Part shown: positions 19,821 through 30,033 of the stretch, one piece after another | Numbering within the stretch: position 1 is the first letter of the stretch | Layout: every line of letters begins with the position of its first letter | NCBI GenBank assembly: GCA_963827235.1 | Contig: CAWHAE010000007.1 | Span: forward strand, 11,726-75,725 | DNA: 64,000 nucleotides | Direction: 5' to 3' | Source of the DNA: an uncultured bacterium | GTDB lineage: Bacteria > Chloroflexota > UBA5177 > JANWHV01 | The notes under the pieces: model-generated | Databases searched by the model: none | The model's input: only the letters and a program-made list of their open reading frames with translations | What the model was told of the DNA's origin: nothing | Position numbers and translations under genes: made by a program

Positions 19821-21437
19821 ATGCGAGGTACCTCGGAGCAAATGCACATGACGACAGCCGACCCGCCTCGTCCGAGCCCGACCCGGTGGCTCGCCATGGC
19901 CATGATCGGCTTGGGTGTCTCGATGATTATCATCGACGCTACAATCGTGAACGTTGCTCTACCCGTGATCATCCGGGCACTGCCCTTGACCTTCAACGAG
20001 GCGGAGTGGGTCAACAGCATCTACGCCGTGGTCTTCGCTGCTCTGCTCATCCCTCTCGGCCGGCTCGGTGACACGCACGGGCGAAAGCGTCTCTACCTGC
20101 TGGGCTTAGCCTGCTTTGTGTTCGCCAGCTTGTGTGCCGGCGTGGCACAGAACAGTGGAGAACTGCTGGCCGCCAGAGTGCTGCAGGGCGTGGGCGCCGC
20201 GGCTATCCTTCCTGCCACGCTGTCCACGCTGAACGCCACGTTCCGTGGCAGGGAGCGGATTCTGGCCTTCGCCTTCTGGGGCTCGATCATCGGTGGTATG
20301 GCGGCGCTCGGGCCGCTGGCCGGTGGCTGGCTGACCACCAGCTTCAGCTGGCGCTGGGCCTTCCTCGTCAACCTGCCTGTCGCCGTGGTCGTGGTCGCCG
20401 GCACGATCCTGTGGGTGCCGGAAAGCAAGGACGATGCCGCACCGCGCGGCCGCGACCTGCCGGGTACGCTCACACTGAGCCTGTCCATGACCGCGCTGGT
20501 GTTTACCCTGATTGAGGGTCAGCATTACGGCTGGTGGTCGCCCGACCAGCCATTCGCCGTGGGCGGCTGGCACTGGCCGATTGGCGGACTCTCGGTCATC
20601 CCTTTCACCGGCACCCTGGCGGTGGTCTGTTTCGGTCTCTTCCTCCTGGTTGAGCGTAACAAAGCCCGCAAGGGCCAGGTCCTGCTGGTGGACTTCCGCC
20701 TGTTCGTCTATCGATCCTATGCCTTCGGCAATCTGGTGGGGCTGGTGATCAGCTTGGGCGAGTATGGCATCATTTTCGTGCTGCCGCTCTTCCTGCAAGG
20801 CGTCCTCGGCTTCAGTGCCTTCCAGACCGGCGGGCTCTTCCTCTCCTTGGCGCTCGGCTCTTTCCTGGCCGGCGGTCTCGCGACACCACTGACGCACTGG
20901 CTGGGCGCTCGGCGCGTAGTCAGTCTCGGCGTGGGCAGCGAAGTGGTCGGCATCTGCGGCACGGCTGCACTGCTCGCCCAGGCGATGCAAGCCCTGACGC
21001 TGGTCCCCTTCCTCTTCGTCTACGGCATCGGCGTCGGCCTCGCCTCTGCAAGGCTGACCAGCGTCATCCTCTCCGAGATTCCACCGGCGCAATCGGGCCA
21101 GGCGTCCGGCATGCAGAGTACCTTCCGCCAGGTCGGCTCGGCGCTGGGTATCGCTATCCTGGGCACGGTTGTCTCCGTCGTACTCGACCGGCAGACCATG
21201 AGCCAGTTGGCTCGCATCCCCGGATTCCCGCTGCAGGCGCGCACCGCACTGGCCGCGACGGTGCGAGAGACAGGAGGGCAAGTCCTTGCCACGCTACGGA
21301 CGCAATCCGATCACGCCGTCGTCGTCGCAGTGAGCAATGCCGTCACCGACGCTGCACGCTGGGCTGCATGCGTGGCCGCCGCCCTCGTGGCCTGCGCGTT
21401 CGTCCTCACGTGGTGGCTGCCAGAAGACCAGGCATGA
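19821..21437 (+). CDS. MFS transporter, DHA2/EmrB-QacA type
   Basis: IIDATIVNVALP, GRLGDTHGRKR motif A, WRWAFLVNLP, many TM segments. True start may be 19842 or 19848. Confidence 0.92.
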   Translation: MRGTSEQMHMTTADPPRPSPTRWLAMAMIGLGVSMIIIDATIVNVALPVIIRALPLTFNEAEWVNSIYAVVFAALLIPLGRLGDTHGRKRLYLLGLACFVFASLCAGVAQNSGELLAARVLQGVGAAAILPATLSTLNATFRGRERILAFAFWGSIIGGMAALGPLAGGWLTTSFSWRWAFLVNLPVAVVVVAGTILWVPESKDDAAPRGRDLPGTLTLSLSMTALVFTLIEGQHYGWWSPDQPFAVGGWHWPIGGLSVIPFTGTLAVVCFGLFLLVERNKARKGQVLLVDFRLFVYRSYAFGNLVGLVISLGEYGIIFVLPLFLQGVLGFSAFQTGGLFLSLALGSFLAGGLATPLTHWLGARRVVSLGVGSEVVGICGTAALLAQAMQALTLVPFLFVYGIGVGLASARLTSVILSEIPPAQSGQASGMQSTFRQVGSALGIAILGTVVSVVLDRQTMSQLARIPGFPLQARTALAATVRETGGQVLATLRTQSDHAVVVAVSNAVTDAARWAACVAAALVACAFVLTWWLPEDQA

Positions 21438-21767
21438 GGGCCCTCCAGGACGCCTGCCGGCGGTCGTGCCTGGAACCCCACGCTATCTCGAATCGTTCCG
21501 CGGGACCGTTACCATACCGGCCTCGCGAGGAGTCCTGCCGCATGCAGCGGTGCCTTCTCGATCCGGCCGCCGGTCTATCCGCCTGAGATACCGCGCGGCA
21601 CCGGCTGCCAGGCAGGACATCTTTCCTATCACCAATCGAGACACGGGGCATCGATCCGTGCTACGATCAGCGCGCAAGCGGACAGTGCCGTCACGCTTAG
21701 GCAGTAGAGTGCAGCCGGGGCACTGGCTCATTGGTGAGCAACGATCCCGGAAAAGGAAACACAACGC

Positions 21768-22118
21768 ATGTGTCCCTCAATCGCGGCAGCGAAGAAGCTG
21801 CTCAGGGCCGAGCTCAACCGTCTGCAGCTCCCGTACTCGTGCCTCACCGTTCGCACCACCGGCGTCCTGGATCTGCCGGAGAACGTCCACCTTTCCGTCA
21901 CCGTCCACGGCTGGCAGGCCAACGCGGCGGCGTGGGCAACCGTGCAGCACTTCGCACAGGCACGCGGCTTCCGTGTGCAGCGGAGCCTTGCCTTGACAAC
22001 CTGTGCCGACATCGCGCCCAGGGCTGCTCGCCGGCTGCGAGCCCGAATGCAACCGGCAATGGCGACACCGGCGCAAGCAAACGCACAGCACCACGCTCCG
22101 GTACCCGCGTTCGCCTAG
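21768..22118 (+). CDS. Hypothetical protein
   Basis: 116-aa ORF with AAAGGAAA upstream; no recognisable motif. Confidence 0.4.
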   Translation: MCPSIAAAKKLLRAELNRLQLPYSCLTVRTTGVLDLPENVHLSVTVHGWQANAAAWATVQHFAQARGFRVQRSLALTTCADIAPRAARRLRARMQPAMATPAQANAQHHAPVPAFA

Positions 22119-22608
22119 AGCACAGGCACCGCGAAGGACGGCCTGAGTCCCGGGCGCCCTACTGATATCCGCCGGGCGCTGCACGTGGATCCCGATGCCG
22201 CGCGACGGCGGCAGACGGGGCGGATACACATGGATACTCTGGCCATGGCGCTGGTCCACGCCCGCGCTCGTACCCGGACCGTTCCGACCCGGCACGCGAC
22301 AGCCGGCTTCATGTCGCCGTGAGCACGGTGGCCCGGAGATCCCGCCGGTCGACGCGCCTCGTGGCGCCCGGCCGGACTCCATCGCCGGATGTTACTCCCC
22401 GGCTGTCCGCGCGGCGCGGGCGTCATGCACTACAATCTTCACGGCAACGCCTTCGCGACGAGTCCTTGCATGGAGCATGACGAGACGCTGCGAGCCCTCG
22501 CCCGCATTTCCAGGTGCGACGGGCAACGGTTCTTCGCGGCAAGCCGGTCGCACTGATCGGCAGTGGGCAGCCGCACTGAAGGCATGGCTCCAGAGAGGGA
22601 GGCGAGAT

Positions 22609-24996
22609 ATGCGCGTGATAACGGACGGCAATCCGTTCGATCTCGGCGCGGGCGATGGGTGCCGTTGGCTCGCCGCGGCGGCAGCCGTGCCGCCCTGCGC
22701 GATGGCCTATCGGTGCCGGTTTGACGCCGATGGCGGCGCGGCGATGCGCGTACACGTGAGCGCCGACGAACGCTATGAGCTGTTCCTCGACGGCCGTCGC
22801 ATTGGTCGCGGTCCGGAGCGCGGCGACGCCTTGCACTGGTACTTCGAGACCTATGACCTGCCGCTGGCGGCCGGCTCGCACACCCTTGTCGCCCGCGTCT
22901 GGTCGCTGGGCCACCTGGCTCCCATGGCGCAGCACAGCGCCGGTCACGGCCTGATCGTCAGTGCCGAGCGGCCGTTCCACACGGCGGTGAGCACCGGCCT
23001 TGGGCCGTGGGAGGCGAGGAGGCTGGAGGGATATCGCATCGTCGATCCGATCCTGTACCTCGACGAGGGCTGGGCCCGTTACACCGGTTCCGATCTCACC
23101 GTCGACGCGGCGCACACGCCCTGGGACTGCGAGGACGGCGGCGGCAGTGGCTGGTCCGCGCGCGACCTGCTGCATGCCGACGCGGCGATGAACGAGTGCG
23201 GTGAGTTGCCGGCTCACCTCCTGGTGCCGGGCAGTCTGCCCGCCATGCTGGATCAGTTGCGCCGGGTCGGCGTGGTGCGCCACGTGTGTGCCGGAGTGCG
23301 TGGCGACCGAGCCGTCACGGTACGTCCCGCGGAGCATCTGGAGCACGAGGCCGAGGAGTGGCAGGCGCTCGTCGACGGGTGCGCTCACGTGCAGGTGCCT
23401 CCGCAGAGCGTGCGGCACGCCGTGATCGATCTCCAGAGCTACTACTGTCTCTATCCACGGCTGGTCGCTTCCGGCGGCCGCGGCGCGCAGGTGAGCCTCG
23501 CCTGGGCCGAGGCACCGTACCTCGGTGCCCAGTCTCGCATCAAGGGCCGGCGAGACCAGCTGGAGAGCGCCTGCTTCCTGAGCGAGCACCCGGACACCCT
23601 GCTCCTCGACGGCGGGGCCGGCCGCGTGCTGGAAAGCGCCTGGTGGCGCGCCGGACGTTATCTCATCCTCACCGCCGAGACGGCGCAGGAGCCGCTCACG
23701 ATCGACGGGCTCGACCTCCGCGAGACGCGCTATCCGCTGGAGATGGAAAGCACCTTCGCCTGCGAGGACGAGCGCGTGGGCCGGGTGATTCCGATCGCGC
23801 TGCGCGCCTTGCAGATGTGCGCGCACGAGACCTACATGGACTGTCCCTACTACGAGCAGCTCATGTATGCCGGGGACACGCGCCTGCAGGCACTGGTGAC
23901 CTACACCCTGGGACGCGACGACCGCTTGCCGCGCAAGGCACTCTCGCTCTTTGCCGCCTCGCGCCTGCCGGGCGGGTTGACGCAGTCTCGCTACCCTAGT
24001 CGCCGCCCGCAGGTGATCCCGCCGTTTGCCCTCTGGTGGGTGGACATGGTGCATGACTACGCCCTCTGGCGTGGCGATCGTGACCTGGTAGCATCGCTGC
24101 TTCCAGCCATCCGCGGCGTGCTCGACGCCTTTCTGGATGCGGCCGCTGCCGGAGGCGGCGCCGGCGTGCTGCCCGGCTGGAACTTCGTGGACTGGGTACC
24201 GGCGTGGGCCAACGGGGTGCCGCCGGGCAGCGCGGAGGGCGCCAACGGCTGTGTCGGGTGGCAGCTCGTGCTGACGCTCGACCTGGCGGCGGAGCTGGAG
24301 CAATGGGCAGGGCAGCTCGAGCTGGCCCAGCGCTTCCGCCGGCACGCCGGCGCGCTCGTGCAGCGACTGCAGCCGCTGTTCTGGGATGACGCGCGAGGTA
24401 TGTTCGCGGACGATCCGGCCAGGCAGAGCTTCTCCGAGCACGCGCAGGCGCTGGCGCTCTTGAGCGGCCGGCTGGATCCGGCTCAGCAGCAGCGCGTCGC
24501 CGCCGGCCTGCTGGGCGATTCGACGCTGTCCCGGTGCACGATCTACTTCTCGCACTATCTGTTCGAGGCTTACCGGCTGCTCGGCCGTGTCGACGCCCTG
24601 TACCAGCGCCTGGGCTTCTGGTTCGACCTGGCGCCGCACGGCTTCGTGACCACGCCGGAGACCTCGGATCTCGCCTCCACGCGGTCGGATTGCCATGCCT
24701 GGGGCGCGCATCCGCTCTACCATCTCTACGCGTCGATCCTGGGCGTTCGTCCGGCCTCGTTCGGCTTCCAGACGGTTGAGGTTGCTCCTCAGCTCGGACC
24801 GCTGCGCTGGGCTCGCGGCCGGCTCGTGCATCCTGCCGGCGCGATCGAGGTGGATTTGCTGCGCACGGAGATGGCGCTAGCCGGCTCGATCACGCTTCCG
24901 CGGGCCGTCTCGGGCGTGCTGCGCCTGGAGGGGACGACACAGCCACTTCATCCTGGGCGCCAGGAGGTGAATGTGGCTATCGTCCCTACACGGTGA
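22609..24996 (+). CDS. Alpha-L-rhamnosidase (GH78)
   Basis: HVSADERYEL, ETYMDCPYYEQLMYAGD, RSDCHAWGAHP. Start placed at ATG 22609 after GGGAGG. Confidence 0.88.
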   Translation: MRVITDGNPFDLGAGDGCRWLAAAAAVPPCAMAYRCRFDADGGAAMRVHVSADERYELFLDGRRIGRGPERGDALHWYFETYDLPLAAGSHTLVARVWSLGHLAPMAQHSAGHGLIVSAERPFHTAVSTGLGPWEARRLEGYRIVDPILYLDEGWARYTGSDLTVDAAHTPWDCEDGGGSGWSARDLLHADAAMNECGELPAHLLVPGSLPAMLDQLRRVGVVRHVCAGVRGDRAVTVRPAEHLEHEAEEWQALVDGCAHVQVPPQSVRHAVIDLQSYYCLYPRLVASGGRGAQVSLAWAEAPYLGAQSRIKGRRDQLESACFLSEHPDTLLLDGGAGRVLESAWWRAGRYLILTAETAQEPLTIDGLDLRETRYPLEMESTFACEDERVGRVIPIALRALQMCAHETYMDCPYYEQLMYAGDTRLQALVTYTLGRDDRLPRKALSLFAASRLPGGLTQSRYPSRRPQVIPPFALWWVDMVHDYALWRGDRDLVASLLPAIRGVLDAFLDAAAAGGGAGVLPGWNFVDWVPAWANGVPPGSAEGANGCVGWQLVLTLDLAAELEQWAGQLELAQRFRRHAGALVQRLQPLFWDDARGMFADDPARQSFSEHAQALALLSGRLDPAQQQRVAAGLLGDSTLSRCTIYFSHYLFEAYRLLGRVDALYQRLGFWFDLAPHGFVTTPETSDLASTRSDCHAWGAHPLYHLYASILGVRPASFGFQTVEVAPQLGPLRWARGRLVHPAGAIEVDLLRTEMALAGSITLPRAVSGVLRLEGTTQPLHPGRQEVNVAIVPTR

Positions 24997-25254
24997 CTCC
25001 CTGCCGCGCGGGCAGGTGAGCCAGGCTTCGGCTGCCGGAGCCGGCGCGAATACGAGGCAAGACTGACTGCCACTCCAAGCGAATATTGGCTAGCGGAACT
25101 GGTCGGCTTCTCCGGTTGGCACCGCTGCTCGCCCGCAGCTGTGCCCGCCGAAACTGGCATTTCATGGCCACGAGTGACGAAACAGGCTTCCGAATGGCCA
25201 CGGGGAACGGCTGAAGCGCGATACTACCCTGACCGTGTGTGCAAGGTCATGCTC

Positions 25255-26130
25255 CAAGGGCACCCGTACCTGGACGGCCGCCCAGCGGGCAGGCTGGGTG
25301 GCCAAGGAGTACGGCGTCCGCCTGAGCGCCGACCGGTTGCGCCGCCATCTGCGGCGGGAGCGCATCACCTGGCAGCGCACCAGCCGCAGCCTGCGGTACA
25401 AACAGAACCCCGAGGAGGTAGCAGAGCGCGAGGCCGTACTGACGGACCTCGCAAGGAAGGGGATGCTGGACTAATCGACCTCTGCCATCTGGACGAAGCG
25501 GGCTTTGCCTTGACGTTGCTGCCGACCACCTACAGCTGGGGTGTCCAGGGTGAGCGGTTGCGCGTGCCGTATCAGGCACCGCAAGGCCGCCGGGTGAACG
25601 TGATCGGGGTGTATGTCACGCACGGGCCGGCGGCGGGTCGCCTGCTGTATCGGAGCTGGGCCGTCCTGCCCAAGAGCCGGGCCAAGCAGCCACGCACCAC
25701 CCCGGAGGAGCGGGCTGCTGCCCACGGTTTGACGGTCGAGGCGGTTGGGCCCATCGACGCCGAGCGCTTGGTGGCCTTTCTCTGGCAGGTTGCGGGCCGG
25801 CCCGCCGACGCGGCGCCGACCTGGCGGCGGGTACGGCCGCTGGTGATCGCCCTGGACAACTACTCGGTCCACACCAATCAGACGGTTATCGCGGCGCAGC
25901 CCGCCTTGGCTGCCGCCAACGGCGAGCTGGTCTATCTGGCCCGCTACTGCCCCGAGCAGTCGGACATCGAACCGGTTTGGAACGACGTGAAACAGCATCA
26001 TATCCCGGTGCGCAGTTTCCCGCAGGTGGCCGAGCTCAAAGACGCGGTCGACGATGCGCTGGCCTGCAAAGCCACGCAACTGCAGCAAGCCCAAGACAAA
26101 CCTACGAACATCCGCCGCTGGGCCGCTTAG
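25255..26130 (+). mobile_element. IS630-family transposase, 5'-truncated (HTH and DDE in two frames)
   Basis: HTH part RTWTAAQ...WQRTSRSL (to 25474), then DDE motifs LDEAGF / LDNYSVH / YCPEQSDIEPVW. Ends ...GCCGCTTAG. No matching left end found. Confidence 0.8.
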
Positions 26131-27632
26131 CCATCAAGTCCCGTGCGCACAACCGCCAAACCGGGAGCGGGCACCACGAGTCGAACGCTACCCGCCTCCG
26201 TCACAGCTGCCTCCGTACACCTGGGCACTACATGTCGCGGATCTTCCCAACTGTTGGTGGCCTGGAGGTTCACGCCGCCCAGTACCGTGACGTCAGCACG
26301 CGCCGCGAACTGCCGGTTCGTCACCGTCACGTCAACCGCCAGCTCGTGCTGCTGGTCGCGATTGAGCAGGAACGTGCAAATCGTCCCGCGCTCAGCGTCG
26401 TAGCTGGCCGCAGCGTCGAGCACCGGGACCTCGCCGCGGTCGCCTGCCTGATAGACAGGGCAGGCGACCGCCGGGGTGAGCGCCAGCCCCGTAGCGTGCT
26501 GGGCGTAGAGCTCGAACGGGTAGTAGATGGTCTGCAGCAACACACCATCGGGCCTGGTGACGACAGGAGCGATCACGTTGACTGCTTGGGCCAGGCACGC
26601 CATCTTCACGACGTCCGCGTGACGCACGAAGGTGGATAGGTACTGCGCGACCACCAACGCATCTTCGAAATTGTAGACCTCCTCGAGCAGGTGCGGCGCC
26701 TGGCTCCAGCCGCCGTCGGCGTGGAGCCCGGCTCGCGCACGGTACCAGACGTTCCATTCGTCGAAGGAGAGATAGACCTGCTTCTGGCTCTTCTTCACGC
26801 CCCGCACGTAGGCAAGCAAGCCGGCGTAGTCGTCGATGATGCGATCGATCTCCACGCCCTCGGCCAGGTAGCAGGCACTATTTTGGCTGGCATTACTGCT
26901 GTAGCGATGCGCTGAGATGTAGTCGACGTCCTCCCAGCAGTATTCGAGCACTACGCGGTCCCAGTCCAGATAGGTCGGCATCTCCCTGCCTGAGGAGCCG
27001 CAGGCGACCACCTGGATACTCGGATCCAGACCCCGCAGCACCACCGCTGCCTGTGCGGCGCGTTGAGCATAGACGGTGGCCGGCACGTGACCTGCCTGCC
27101 AGGGGCCGTCCATCTCGTTCCCCAGACACCACAGCTTCACGCCGTACGGCTCGACGTTGCCGTTCCGCACACGCTGGTCGGCCCAGTGGCTCCCGCACGG
27201 CAGATTGCAGTACTCGAGCAACTGGGCGGCCTCCGTGGTGCCGGCGGTGCCGAGGTTTACCGCCAGCATCGGCGCAGCGCCAAGAACCTTGAGCCACGCC
27301 ATGAATTCGTCGGTGCCGAACTGATTGCTCTCCACGCTCCGCCATGCGTAGTCCGGCCGTGCGGGTCGCGCCTCGCGTGGTCCGATGCCGTCTTTCCAGT
27401 CGTAGCAACTGACAAAGTTGCCACCGGGATAGCGCACGACAGGGATATGGAGCGCGCGAAGGGCATCAAGCACATCGCGGCGGAAACCCTGCTCATCGCT
27501 ACGCGGATTGCCGGGGTCATAGATACCGTCGTAAATCGCCCGGCCCAGGTGCTCAAGAAAGCCGCCAAAGATCCGCCGGTCGATAGCGCCGACGTGGTGA
27601 TCGGTATCCAGACGTACCGTCGCTCGATTCAT
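26127..27632 (-). CDS. Alpha-L-arabinofuranosidase (GH51), second copy
   Basis: FGGFLEHLGRAIY, RYPGGNF, WCLGNEMDGPWQ, SFDEWN. Start MNRATV at 27632. Confidence 0.92.
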   Translation of the reverse strand: MNRATVRLDTDHHVGAIDRRIFGGFLEHLGRAIYDGIYDPGNPRSDEQGFRRDVLDALRALHIPVVRYPGGNFVSCYDWKDGIGPREARPARPDYAWRSVESNQFGTDEFMAWLKVLGAAPMLAVNLGTAGTTEAAQLLEYCNLPCGSHWADQRVRNGNVEPYGVKLWCLGNEMDGPWQAGHVPATVYAQRAAQAAVVLRGLDPSIQVVACGSSGREMPTYLDWDRVVLEYCWEDVDYISAHRYSSNASQNSACYLAEGVEIDRIIDDYAGLLAYVRGVKKSQKQVYLSFDEWNVWYRARAGLHADGGWSQAPHLLEEVYNFEDALVVAQYLSTFVRHADVVKMACLAQAVNVIAPVVTRPDGVLLQTIYYPFELYAQHATGLALTPAVACPVYQAGDRGEVPVLDAAASYDAERGTICTFLLNRDQQHELAVDVTVTNRQFAARADVTVLGGVNLQATNSWEDPRHVVPRCTEAAVTEAGSVRLVVPAPGLAVVRTGLDG

Positions 27633-27937
27633 ACTGACCTCACCAATCCGACAGACTCTGCCGTTCCTTAGCGGCACCGCCCCAGATGCCGGCCAAGGAC
27701 TGCCGCTCTACGGCCAGGAAGATATTGGGTCCGGGGATATACCGGCAAGCAGCCTGCTAAGCTCGCTCCGTGGTGCGATCCAAGACCGGCTCCCCAGTCT
27801 GTCCGGCCAGCCGCTGCTCACGTCACCCTTCAATGCCGTCAAGATTCGAGGCAAACCCGAACTTCGCCGCCTCCCAGGCTGGGATTACCCGGTCATCGAA
27901 CGCATCGTTGTCGCTGTTCGCTGAACGACCTCGGGAC

Positions 27938-29956
27938 CTAGCCGGCAATCGGCACCTGCGCGCCCTCGCGCAGGTATACGGGAATGCGCGCGAGAGGCGC
28001 TTCCGCTGTCATATGTTGCCCTCCGGGGCATTCCTTGCCAGTCCAAGCCTCAGTCCACGTAGTCCCTGCGGGTAGATAGACATCCCGGCTGCGAGCACCG
28101 GCATACAGCACTGGAGCGACCAGGATATCAGGACCGAATAGGAACTGATCGTCGACGGCCACACATGCCGCGTCGTCAGGGTAGTCGAAGAACAACGGCC
28201 GCATCGGCGGGGTTCCCAAGTGCTGGGCAAGCTTCATTTGGGCCATCACGTACGGGCGGAGTCGCTCTCGCAGGAACAGTTGCTCTCTGATGATCGCGTA
28301 GGCCTCCTCGCCGAACGACCACACCTCATTCGGGCCACCCGTGAACATCGCTCCCATGGCGCCAGGAGCGTCGGGATCGGCTGAGCGATGGCCGTGGAGG
28401 CGAAACAGCGGGCAGAACACGCCGTATTGGAACCAGCGGATAAGGAGCTCGCGGAACGCGGGTGAGTCTGGATCGCCGCCATGAAAACCGCCGATGTCCG
28501 TCGTCCACCAGGGGATGCCGCTGAGGCCGATGTTCAGGCCCGAGCGAACTTGCGCCCGCAGCGCTTCGAACGTGCTGCCGATGTCGCCCGACCATACGGC
28601 TGCGCCATACCGTTGGCTACCCGCCCAGGCAGATCGGCAGAGGTTCAGAATGCCAGTCTGCCCGGCCCGGCGCATGCCCTCGAAGAAGCTTCGTGCATGC
28701 AGCATCGGGTAGGCGTTCGCGACGGCCAAGCCCGCTCCGGCGTGGAAGCGCACATTCTCCACATCCATGGGGTGCATCTCGGGCTCGCACGCGTCGAGCC
28801 AGAAGACGCGAATCCCAAGTTCGTAGTAATGCGCGCGAACTCTATCCCATATGAACTGTCTTGCTTCGGGGTTCGTCGCGTCGTAGTAGTAGATGCCTAC
28901 GGGGCCCTCCGGACGGTTGTCGCGGAAGTTCATGAGCACCGGAATGCCCCGGTCGGTGCGCAGCAGCAGGCCGGCGCGCTGCATGGGTTCGAAGTTCTCG
29001 CTCAGGGGATTGACCGAGGGCCACACCGAGACCATCAGCTTGACGCCCATGCTCTGCAGCTCGCGCACCATTCCGGCCGGGTCGGGCCAAAGGGCGGGAT
29101 CGAACTGCCAGTCACCCTGCAAGGTCCAATGGAAGAAATCGGCGACGATCACCGACAATGGCAGTCCGCGCTGCATATGTTCTCTGGCCACCGTCAACAG
29201 CTCTTCCTGGCTGTAGTAGCGAAGCTTGGACTGCCAGAAGCCGGCAGCCCAGTCAGGAAAGTCGGGCGTGTGGCCAGTTGCCTGCGCGTAGTGCTCCATG
29301 ATCGCGGCAAGCGATTCGCCGGTCGTGATCCAGTAGTCGAGCTGCGGCGTCGCTTCTGCCACCCAGCGTGTCTCGCTCGCTACGAGCTCCACGCGCCCTA
29401 CGGCGGGATTGTTCCAGAGGAGCCCGTACATGCGGCTCGAGAGAAGCCAGGGTATGGTCACTTCCGTGTTGCGCTGGATCAGCTCGATGGTGGCACCCTT
29501 CTGATCGAGCAATCCGTGCTGATGCTGGCCGAGGCCGAAGAAACGCTCACCCTTGTTGGCCGCGAAGCGCGCTTCGAGATGGTAGAGCTCCCCGCTCAGC
29601 GGCTTGAACGCGCGCGGCGGAATACGCGTTGCCCGCTCAGGCCGCTGTTCCCTCAGAAGATCGGTGCCGGTCACGGCATGCACGAACCGCAGGCAACCGT
29701 TGGCGTCGATTTCAGCCAGTATCACGCCGTTGCGGACTGTGGCGGAGGAGCCCGCGATGACGATCTCCGCGGTCTCCGGTTCTGGAGGGAGAAGCGCGCC
29801 AGTAAGGTCGTCTCGAATCTCGGCGTTCATAGTCGCCCGAACACGCAGACTATCCGTACCCCAGGGTTCTATTCGCACCGTCTCGTGGTTCTGCCGCCAG
29901 ACCAGGCCACCGTTCTCCTGATAGCAGACCATCTTTCCTAACACTCCCACGCTCAT
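27938..29956 (-). CDS. GH31 glycoside hydrolase (alpha-xylosidase-like)
   Basis: GFWQSKLRY, FWLDACEPE (nucleophile), WSGDI, WTTDIGGF, FRLHG. Confidence 0.9.
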   Translation of the reverse strand: MSVGVLGKMVCYQENGGLVWRQNHETVRIEPWGTDSLRVRATMNAEIRDDLTGALLPPEPETAEIVIAGSSATVRNGVILAEIDANGCLRFVHAVTGTDLLREQRPERATRIPPRAFKPLSGELYHLEARFAANKGERFFGLGQHQHGLLDQKGATIELIQRNTEVTIPWLLSSRMYGLLWNNPAVGRVELVASETRWVAEATPQLDYWITTGESLAAIMEHYAQATGHTPDFPDWAAGFWQSKLRYYSQEELLTVAREHMQRGLPLSVIVADFFHWTLQGDWQFDPALWPDPAGMVRELQSMGVKLMVSVWPSVNPLSENFEPMQRAGLLLRTDRGIPVLMNFRDNRPEGPVGIYYYDATNPEARQFIWDRVRAHYYELGIRVFWLDACEPEMHPMDVENVRFHAGAGLAVANAYPMLHARSFFEGMRRAGQTGILNLCRSAWAGSQRYGAAVWSGDIGSTFEALRAQVRSGLNIGLSGIPWWTTDIGGFHGGDPDSPAFRELLIRWFQYGVFCPLFRLHGHRSADPDAPGAMGAMFTGGPNEVWSFGEEAYAIIREQLFLRERLRPYVMAQMKLAQHLGTPPMRPLFFDYPDDAACVAVDDQFLFGPDILVAPVLYAGARSRDVYLPAGTTWTEAWTGKECPGGQHMTAEAPLARIPVYLREGAQVPIAG

Positions 29957-30033
29957 TTGTCAGAGAAGCCGTACGCACTCGCTGCACGCCCCACGCTGTT
30001 CATGACGGCGCGCGCCGTCTGACCTCGCCTCCC

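Noticed and set aside
21640-21767. Possible riboswitch upstream of the 21768 ORF
   Set aside because: It does not fit the c-di-GMP or other consensus sequences I can recall, and it lacks the shared element seen at 56013 and 61058.
22195-22608. 138-aa N-terminal extension of the GH78 ORF
   Set aside because: Low-complexity Arg/Pro-rich translation; a better RBS and ATG lie at 22609.
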